NCBI RefSeq assembly: GCF_039654945.1
Contig: NW_027361848.1
Location: forward strand, 1 to 64,000
Length of the DNA: 64,000 nt
Direction of reading: 5' to 3'
From: Dendrobates tinctorius
Taxonomy: Eukaryota
The notes under the pieces are model-generated. The model had not been told where the DNA came from, ran no database searches, and saw nothing but the letters and a program-made list of their open reading frames with translations. Position 1 is the first letter of the stretch, and each line of letters begins with the position of its first letter. Shown here in pieces: positions 54,585 to 64,000 of the stretch. A program made the position numbers and the translations under genes.

Positions 54585-57500
54585 GTACCACACCAGGATG
54601 GATGCAACGATATTTTATTGAATTTTCCCTCTACACGTTTACATCACCTATCAGATAGGAAATCCAAGGGAGACATAAGGGGTGCTGTCATGATGGACTC
54701 CTGGAAACATTACTGGTAGACTAATTCCTACTTTCCAGGACGTCCCTCCTGACAGCACAACCAGGAGAAAAAACAAATAACTCCTACTAGGGCGGGATTA
54801 CTGCTTGGAGGACTTCCCTCCCAAAGGCTGTCTGTTGGCTTGACAATGTCCCGTATAATGCGTGCAAAAGGTATCTACTCTAGACCAGGTTGTGGCCCTG
54901 CAGATTTGGTCCATGGAAGCCCCTGCACTCTGCCCACGAAGGCGATATTGCTCTCAGCGAGTGAGCCCTGAGGCTTTCCGGCAGAGTCTCCTCCGCCAAA
55001 ATATATGCAGCGGTATTAATTGACTTTATCCATCTGGCTAAGGTGGCTTTTGATGCTTTCTTTTCTTTGTTCTTTCCTGCCATCTGGACAAAGAGATTTG
55101 AGTCCACTCTGAAGCACTCAGTGAGCCTTAAGTACTGTTGGGACTGTCCTTTTAACATCCAAAGAGTGGAGAGAGCGTTCTCTCTCGCTGTTATGGTTTT
55201 GGTAGAAAGTGGGCAATATTATCTTCTGATTTCGGTGGAAGTCAGTCACCACCTTGGGAAGAAAAGCAGGATCCAATTTTAAGATGATATAGTCCTCCTG
55301 GATCTTTAGACACGGGTCTCTTAGGCCTTTTTCATATTTCCCTTTTTTGACGTCAGTCAAAATCCGCCAGTTTATGAAAAAAACGGATCCGCCCCTTTTT
55401 GGACGGATCCGCTTTTTCCCCCCCGTAGACTTGCATTTGTGGCAGATGTTGACTGACGGTCGTCCGTTGGATCCGTTTAACGGATCCGTGAAAATTTTAG
55501 TGGTTCCCAGGCGGACCAGATGGACCCTGAAACTTTTTTTGGATTGACGGTCCGCTATTTTTAACTGCGAATTCCCGGATGCTTTGCTCCGGGAAACATT
55601 TTAACCCTGAAATACCATCCTGGAAGCGGCAAAATCTCTCTCTCTCTCTTTAAATTACGTCACTTTGCATCTTCCGCGGATCCATCCTAAAAAGTGGTCG
55701 GCTGACATCCGTATGTCAGTAAACGGAGGCGGATCAGTTGTTTTTTTACCTTTGGCAGATTTCAGCTGACCGCCGACAACGGAAATGTGATACAGGCCTT
55801 ATAGAAAGAGCCTGGATCTCCCCTATACGCATTGCTGAGGTTATTGTTACAAGAAAAATCACTTTGAATGTTACCGACCTTAGGTCGGCTTGGTCTAGAG
55901 GTTCATATGGGTCCTTTCGTAGATCATTTAGGACTAAGTTGAGATCCCAGGGGGGGCACAGAGCTACGTATTGTGGGTCTAATACGTTTAGTGGTCTTAA
56001 TGAACCTTACCACGCAGGAATGATCGGCTAGTAGATAATCAAAAAAGGACCCCAGGTCTGAAATTTGTACTTTTAATGTACTAAACCTTAGACCCTTATC
56101 GAAGCCAACCTGAAAAAAGTATAGAACCTGAGGAATATTAGGATCCTGACTGAGGGATATTGGGCCTGCACAGTGTGAACAGAATTTTTTCCAGACTTTA
56201 AGGTATATAGCTGAAGTAACAGGCTTTCTATTCTTTTGCAAGGTAGATATGACTGACTCCGACAAGCCTCTCAAGATTCCATTGTGATGGTAGGAGAATT
56301 GGCTCTTCTAACGCCATCTGTTTCAATACCAGGAACCAGCTCTTTTTAAGCCAGTAAGGAACTATCCGAATAACTGACATCTGACTTTCCTGGATTTTCC
56401 GTAGAACCCTTGGTATTAAAGGTAGTGGAGGGAAATGTGTAAGCCAGCTCCATATCCCAGTTCTGTGCTAAGGCATCTGCTGCAGTCGGATTGTCTCCTG
56501 GATTTATCGAGAACGTTTTGGTTTTTTTTTTTCTCTTTGAGGCGAACAAGTCTATTTCTGGAGAACCCTAGGAGCTTGGTTAGTTGCACAAAGATCTCCT
56601 GGTTTAAGGCCCACTCCGAGGGTTGTATTTTCTTCCTGCTGAGAAAATTTGCTACCTGGTTCTTTTCGCCTTTCAGATGTACTGCCGTTATGGACTTTAC
56701 ATTGAGTTCTGCCCAGGAAAACATTGTCCCTGCTAAATCCTGCAAGTGACTGTGCCTCGGATCTCTCCGATGTAGCAGGAAGGATACTGTGGTTAAGTTG
56801 TCCGAGAACACTCTGACGTGAAGATTGTGTAGCTGTCTCTGGCATCTCCTCAGTGCCTCCCAAACTGCTCTGAGTTCCCTGAGGTTTGATGAACCGTTGC
56901 GCACCGATATGGGCCATGTTCCCTGGGAGGTAACTTCCTTCTTTGTGGGCTTTCCAACCACTGAGGCTTGAGTCTGTGGTAATGTTTATGCATGGAAACC
57001 TGCTTGATGTTTGTTATATTGGTCCACCATTACAGAGACTGTCTTACTTCTTTTGATGTCATTCTGCTGTCCAATGAAGTTTCCTTTCCATCCCATGCTG
57101 AAAGGATCTCTTGTTGTAATATCTTTGAGTGAAATTTGCCCCATTGGACGCTGGAAATACATGGTCATTAGGCCTAGAACTCTCATGGCCTTCCTGATGG
57201 AGATGTATTTTCGCTTTTGTAGCGCCTGAGCCTCCTGTTTGATCGCTTGTTGTTTGTGAGATGGAAGGAATGAGTGCTCCTGTTCTGAGTCTAGGAGTAC
57301 CCCCAAAAAATGTTTTCCTCCTTTCTGGCTTGAGACTTGATTTTTTTCAGGTTTATCACCCATGCCAGCCCTCTCCAGAAGTGGCATGGTTGCTGTCAGA
57401 TATTCTTCCATTTGTTGCAGTGAGTCTACCACTAGCAGTAGGTCGCCCAAGTATGGGACGATGAGAATGTCCTTTACCCTTAAGAAGGCCATCACTTCTG

Positions 57501-58860
57501 CCATGAGTTTTGTGAAGATTTGAGGTTCAGAAGAAAGACCAAATGGCAGGCACCGTAACTGGAAATTCTGTATCCTTCCTTGATCTTTTATTGCAAACCT
57601 GAGAGGTACTTCTGATGTGAGACATAGATGGGCACATAGTAATACGCGCTTTTGAGATCTAGCATGCACATTACCGAATTCTTATCAGCGGTATGACTGA
57701 TCTGAAGGTTTCTATTTTGAACGACCGTAGGACACCCATTGGTTTAATGGCTTTAGGTTTATTATAGTCCGGTATTCCCCTCCTGTTTTTTTTTTTATTT
57801 TTTTATGGAAAACAGACTGGAATACTGTCCGTGGAATTGATGGGAATGGGGTACCAGAACTATGACTTCTAATTCTAAAAGCTCTTGTTTGTCCTTTAGA
57901 AGTCTTTGATGGACCACTGGGGACTGGCTGCATGTTAGGCAATATCTTCTGGGGGGGTATCTGGGCGAGTTCCACCTTGTATCCCTGAGCAATTGTTTGC
58001 AGGATCCACCGATTCTAGGCAATTCCCTGCCAACTCTCTAGGAAGTACTGAAGTCTCTCCCCGATGCGTCTGGCGTCATTGTCTGCCGTCATTGTCTGCC
58101 GGACCAAAACCCTTGTCTCGAAAGAAGCTTCTAGCCTTTCCACCCTTGGGGTAGCTCCACCTTCCGGTTTTACACTTGCCTTTATAATCCTGCCTTAGGT
58201 GGGATTGAGTCCTCCAAAAGGACGGCATCTTCTTTGGCTTTTGTTCTGGGAAGCCCTTCTTATCTGATGCTTTCTCCAGTAACTCATCTAAAACTGGACT
58301 GAATACATGGAGGCCGGAAAATGATATAGAGCCAAGTTTATTTTTTTCTAGTATCATTGCCGTTATATGATTATTCACTGGGAATACCCTGTTCCTACGA
58401 GCCCTCAGGCAGCCGAACATCTCATCCTGAACGGTTAATGGTTACGTGGAGTCGTCCACTTTCATGGTACCCTCAACCGCCTGCAGGAGCGTGTCCGTGT
58501 TCTCGGATGAAAATAGATATCTTTTTCGTTCCTCCGAAAGCAACTTTGAGGAACTCTCACCTTTGCCCGAGTCTGGGTAAGAGAAGCCCGATACTTCCCC
58601 TTCCTCTGAGCTTGGATTCATGTCCCATTTGGGTCTCTTAGGAGAGGGAGATTGGGATAGTCATAGTGTGGAGACATTAGCCTGCACTTCTCCCGGCCTG
58701 AGAGGCTCTGCCCCCCGTAACACACCGCCGGCGTGTCTCCCGACCGGAGGTTCAGGCACCGCGAGCTGTCCGCCTTGAGGACGCAGCTACAGCAGCTGCT
58801 GCCCAGGGATGAAGCCGATGCCAGGAGCGCACAGTGCCCAACAAACAGGATTCTCCATAC
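54585..58860 (-). mobile_element. Highly decayed DIRS1-like retrotransposon (copy D, related to copy C)
   Basis: ICR-like segment at 54683-54760. YR (LRAHSLRA, FLPKVVTDFH), RNase H (SSNLRELRAV, FSDN), RT (LPFGLSS, PYLGD) and gag fragments. Termini were not found. Confidence 0.8.
55324..55798. mobile_element. PIF/Harbinger-like MITE inserted in the YR gene of DIRS copy D
   Basis: TTA-ggcctttttcatatttcc...ggaaatgtgatacaggcc-TTA. Confidence 0.7.
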
Positions 58861-59038
58861 ATGTGTTGTGACTCACACATCCGCAACATATGCACCTGTG
58901 GCGCCGATCAGCTGATCAGTCGGAGCGATCCAGATATCGGGGTTCCCTCTGCAGATTATTTGGTAAGCGCTATAGCTTGCCGAGTAAGAGGGAACCCGGA
59001 CAATTTTGCTCATTTCTATTAATAACAGTTTTTTTTAA

Positions 59039-59381
59039 AGGGAATCTGTCACCCCTTTTTTCAAATATGAGCTGCCGGCACCGCCATCCCGGCGCCTGCG
59101 CACTGCAGGACTCTGCTCTGCTCTCAACAGGGCAGAGCAGTGCGCCTGCGCAGGAGCCATGACAGGAAGGAAAGAAGAGGACGGCATCGTATAAAGATGG
59201 GAAGCACCAGACCGGACGGCAACACCCATCAGACCGGCCGCCACGGAGAGAATAAGGTAACTTTTTTCTTATCTTTCAGGTTACATCGGGGGCTTATCTA
59301 CAGCATTACAGAATGCTGTAGATAAGTCCCTGATAGCGGTGTCGGCAGCTCATATTCGAAAAAAGGGGTGAAAGATTCCCT
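59039..59381. mobile_element. Kolobok/T2-like MITE
   Basis: TTAA-agggaatctgtcacccctttttt..atatgagctgccg and cggcagctcatat..aaaaaaggggtgaaagattccct-TTAA. Confidence 0.75.
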
Positions 59382-60284
59382 TTAAACATGATACTGGGAG
59401 CTTTTCATTGGGAAAACCGTGTTAGTGATGCACAATGCATCACTAACACCACACAGGGACCAGTTTAATAGCTAAAAATGACAGGTTCCCTTTAATATGG
59501 GGGCTACTGGTATCTGTCTCATGGGTTGTTTTTTTTTTTTTTTTTTTTTACTTCCTCTGGATCAACATGCCAGTTTATAAGTTGAACTTGCCAGACTTGT
59601 GTCTTCCTTCTCTGTATGACTGCAAACTTATGAATTATTGGTATGGTGCAAGGCCACGCCTACTAGTCGGCCACACCCACTGTCCAACAGCTCAACACAA
59701 GCGTATGGAGCGAGGCCGCACCCACTGGTTGGGAGTATACATGACTCATACATACCCTCCATTCCCAGGTCTGAAACCAGTGGATTCCTGCAGGGCACAG
59801 TGCGTGCACTGGGGGGATTCATAAGTCTGCAGTCACACAAAGTGGCTGCAAACTTATCGGTTTTGACCAGACAACCTCTTTAAAAACTATGAAAAAGTTA
59901 CCACAGTGTCCTTATCAGGTCTACAAGCTGTAACGTAATTAGTTTGAATTGTGAAGTCGGATAACAAATCCACTTTGAGTAATAATTCACCGCTCACATG
60001 TAGATATGAAGAGAATTACCTTTCCTTATCTTGAATTTCAACACTCATCTCATAAAAGTTGATTTCCCAACATTTAGAAATCTTTTATAAGTAATACATG
60101 GGTACAAATAAACAAGCCGTGTAGCTTATAAAGTGCAATATATACAAAATTACAATATCTATCTATACACACACATATACATGCATACATACAGTATCTG
60201 TTTCCTTTTAATCTACTGTATTATTTCCAAACACTTTTTCAGTGATTCATTTGTGTGTGGGTGCAGTATGAACGGAGATACAAA

Positions 60285-61012
60285 GTATACACCATTTGAA
60301 AGGTAAAATTGTCCCCTTCAACAAGAAAATAGCCGAACAAACCACACATCCACGGTTTGATCACAAAATACAGTGTAAACAATCATTTTCATAAACCTGA
60401 CCTGCAGGTGGCACCACAGTGCTACAAAGCACACTACTACAAAACAAAGCTGCTTACAGACATCATAAACAAATCCAAACATTTGCCTTGGAGGCTTTCC
60501 AGCTTGCCAAACTGCTTGCCCAGCCTATTTTAACTATATTGGAGGATTGCACAGTTCACTGCGGATGAGGCACATATGCAAACACATTTGTAAACATGCA
60601 CTGCCCATTGAATTGCACACTTGCTCCGTTTATGCTACAACCACACAAACAAATGATACACCATTTGAAAGGTCAAATTACCCACAGGTGGCAGCACACT
60701 ACCCCAAAGCTGCTTACAGACATCACAAAAAATCCAAACATTTACCTTGGGGTCTCTCCAGCTTGCTCAAGTGGTTGCCCAGCCTATTTCAGGCACATTG
60801 GAGGATTGCACACTTCACTGCAGGTGAGTCACATATGCAAACATTTGTAAACATGCACTGCTTTTTCGCCGATTACTTCGCCCCACACACACAAATGATA
60901 CAGCATTTGAAAGGTAAACTTGTTCCCTTCAGCAAGAAAAGAGCCAAGCAAACCACACATTCATGATTTTATCACTAACTACAGTTTAAACATTCATTTT
61001 CATAAACCTGCA
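60285..61012. repeat. Diverged local duplication (60290-60400 ~ 60900-61010; 60405-60670 ~ 60685-60915)
   Basis: Repeated catttgaaaggt and aaagctgcttacagacatca segments. Confidence 0.65.
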
Positions 61013-62421
61013 GAAAGACACAATGACCTGCATTTGGCACCTCAACCGGAAAACATTTTTTGGCCTCCACTTATCAAAACAATTTATTGTATTACCAATC
61101 TACATATATAAATACCTGTCTGTGTTCATCATCTCGTGAAATACATTTACATTTGAACAGCTTGCTTTTTCTGAAATTGCCTGCGCTCCCGACGACCAAT
61201 GTGCGAAACTTTCGCAAGGGACAAGCTAGTTTAGCCTTAGTTTGAAGGTTCATGGGAAAAAAAAACCAAATGCCACATACGGTGATAACATCAAATAAAG
61301 AAAAAAAAGCAAAGAAAGATTCTTGCCCAGTAATAAGTCACAGCCACTTAAGAAGTATATATAGATCAAAGCAGCAGGTCACCCGCAGTTACGTCAAAGG
61401 ACAGCTTGGTCATGGCCTTAAATATTTGCAGGATACAGCAAACAAAAAAGAATCGGGATTCCAGCACCTAGTTTTAAAATAAATATTGAAAATGTATTGT
61501 CTGGACCCAGTTTATGGTTTTGTTTTTTATTTGCTGCAAGCATCAAATTATAATCAGTGTTTCTTTGTTCTATTTTTTGGTCTTAACCCACTAAGTCAAA
61601 ACAGATTTTGTTTTAGCGCAAAGATCATGTTTTACCAATTACAAAATTGTAAAGTTTTTATACCAATTGTCACTTTTATACTTGAGCAATAGAGGCAATC
61701 AATAGAAAGAAACAACCACCGGGTATTGCGGCACTTTATTAGCAACATAAACCATTTATGTATGTGGCACAGCATGATTTCCTTTACACTCCCACTCCCT
61801 CAGCTTATCCTCGGATATTTCTAGGGAAGGGTGAGTGATAGAACTGCCGACCCTTTATCTTTGCCAGGTTCACATTTTTGACTATTCTTGAACAACTATG
61901 CATATCCTACAGAGAACAATGTGGCGGAGCCATGACAGCAACACTAGCCTTCGTATCCTTGTCTGACACCTCGTGTATGATCAGTGCTGAAAATAAAAGG
62001 AACAGTTAAGTCAAAGAGACAATATTCACCCTCTGAAACAGATGACTAAACTGATGTAGGTCCCCAAGGAACCAAGCATTAACCTCTTCAATGCCCTAGA
62101 CCACCCTGATCTGCACAGAAAAAATACATTGACAATGCTGGCAGTAACCGCTGTAGTATACTGGCCAGAGACGTTGGCCATGTGATGTAAACAGTGTATT
62201 CCAATTGTAGCTCCTGTAGCATGATGCCAGAGATAAGCACAGGAAGATAAATTGCTACTAAAGCATACAGAGCAAAGATGCAACAAGAGGGTTTGCCACC
62301 ATGTGGCTGTCTAGCATTGCTCCAAGCTAAAACTACCTGATCCCAATCAGATGGCCATTTTCAGGCCCAGTCAATTACTGGACAAATACGATCATTATTT
62401 GCTCAACACTTACGTTCTAAA

Positions 62422-64000
62422 TAGTGATGAGCAAGCATGCTCGCCACTACTCAGTACTCGCCCGAGCATCTCACTGCTCGAGATGCTCAGAGCTCGCTGA
62501 GTATTTCCAGGATTATTCAGCAGGAGCTCGGCTTCCCGTTTGGCGCTCTTTAGTGAGGCAAGGAACATGCAGGGATTGTCTGCCACACACTGTAATGCCG
62601 CAGCCATGTTGGTTGTAGCATTGCCGTGACTGGCTGGCCGCACAGCGTCATCAGGTCTATATCAGACCTGGCGCCGCCATGCTCGTCACAGTCTACTACA
62701 GAATCAGGCAGTATAGGGAGAGTTGCTGCTGAGCTAGGGAGAGATTTGCTTGGTTCTTACTTAGTCTGGGTATACTTTATATAATACACATATCCATCTC
62801 AATTAACAGTCCTTCTGAGGACTAATAAAACTGCATAGATATCACTGCTAGGCAGGCAGGCAGTGTATGTGGCAGACTGCAGTGCATATAGCAAGAGGGT
62901 CCATTCCAATTCTGTCTGCTGCTATTACAGATATTTATAGACACAGCCCCAGATATCAGGGGCCAAGAATATTTTTTTTTTTTTCTTTACAGGCCAGCTA
63001 TTTAAAACTGTGGTTTATCCGTCACACAGACGGGATGGTGCATACAGAAGCCGATGCCGTGGGCAAGCTGAAATTATGCTACAACACCCACATCTTCTCG
63101 CCTGACTTTCCTGTCCCAAAAGCTAGGGTACCACAGCCCACCACTACTGAACTCAGAACAGTGTCAAAAGGTTGTTGGTTGGATAGCGGATAATGCTTCC
63201 AGTCACTTTGCCATCACCACCACCCTGTCTTCCACATGGTCAAGTCTCAGTAGCCATGAGTCTGGATCGCTTAATCCTCACCCTGATTGTCCTTCCTCCC
63301 ACCATGCCGAGTGCTTGGAGACAACTGATCCAACACTTGGACACGCCGAAGAGCTGTTCACTTTTCCGTTAATCTATTCAGGCCTCTCGCCCGGTCCACT
63401 TGTAGCGGGGCAAGAGGAGATCGCATGTAGCGATGCCCAAATATTTGAGCAGCCACAGTCACACAAAGGCGATGGTGGGAAAGTGTCACAAGAGGTGGAC
63501 GATGAGACACTATTGCCAGAAAATCTGGAGGAGGACCGGGGTGCGGAAGTGGAAGACGAGGTGTTGGTTGATATAGCAACTGACCCAAGCTGTCAGGAGA
63601 ACATGCAGAGCGAGGACAGCAGCACACAGGGGGAGGGAGACATAGCACCCCAACAGGCAGGAAGAAGCAGTGTGGTGGCTGCAGACAGAAGGCGGGCAAC
63701 TGATCCCCGTAACACCAACACGACGGAAGTTAGAAGTCCAACTGTTAGGTCTTCCAGAGACTGGTTGTTTTTTTAAAAACTCTGCCGATAACCCCAAAAA
63801 GGCCATTTTCACCACCTGCCAGGCCAGCATCAGCAGGGGTAGCAAAACTACCAGCCTGACCACCACCAGCATGACCAGGCACATGGCAGCAAAGCACCCG
63901 ACTTTGTGGGCCAAACCCCAGGGTACAGGAACAGTGTCTGTGGGTGACACCACTGCTTCTTCCGCAGTTGTGCTTGAAAGCCAATCCTCTGTCCATGGTG
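62422..64000 (+). mobile_element. 5' part of a decayed hAT transposon with a BED zinc finger
   Basis: Begins tagtgatgagc followed by gctcg/cgagc subterminal motifs. An acidic region precedes S..W.FF..KAI(F)TTC..ISRG..TTTSMTRHMAAKH..W at 63750-63910, frameshifted. Confidence 0.65.

Noticed and set aside
62030-62330. Possible LINE (Tx1-like) C-terminal relic
   Set aside because: Similarity is too weak to support without a search.
63315-63776. 153-aa acidic ORF as a host gene or domesticated ZBED
   Set aside because: It is followed by a frameshift and a BED finger lacking its first Cys, consistent with a decayed hAT transposase.
53579-64000. Search for the upstream GALNT2 exon, and for the downstream DRTRVVSPIID-type exon in 1-4946
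   Set aside because: No matching translation was found; these exons probably lie outside the window.

Overview
Vertebrate genomic DNA, most likely from a frog (inferred from the repeat families). The window lies almost entirely within introns of a GALNT2 gene (polypeptide N-acetylgalactosaminyltransferase 2) on the minus strand. Four coding exons are recognisable (53480-53578, 29760-29827, 23471-23536, 4947-5068), with canonical GT-AG ends and phases that splice into one reading frame. The introns are dense with transposable elements. There are four DIRS-type tyrosine-recombinase retrotransposons, all on the minus strand and two nearly full length. There are six Tc1/mariner copies, one a near-intact DD35E (Traveler-like) element. 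Several Penelope-like (PLE) remnants carry inverted arms and hammerhead ribozyme motifs. The rest comprises a solo LTR, large TTAA-flanked piggyBac-like elements, Kolobok/T2-like, Harbinger-like and hAT MITEs, and a decayed BED-finger hAT transposon at the right edge. The most notable observations are a well-formed type I hammerhead ribozyme in the host sense orientation (2225-2269), a 669-bp-arm palindrome containing a GIY-YIG domain and hammerheads, apparent spliceosomal introns in the DIRS gag regions, and a four-level nested transposon stack. All calls come from reading the sequence; no searches were run.
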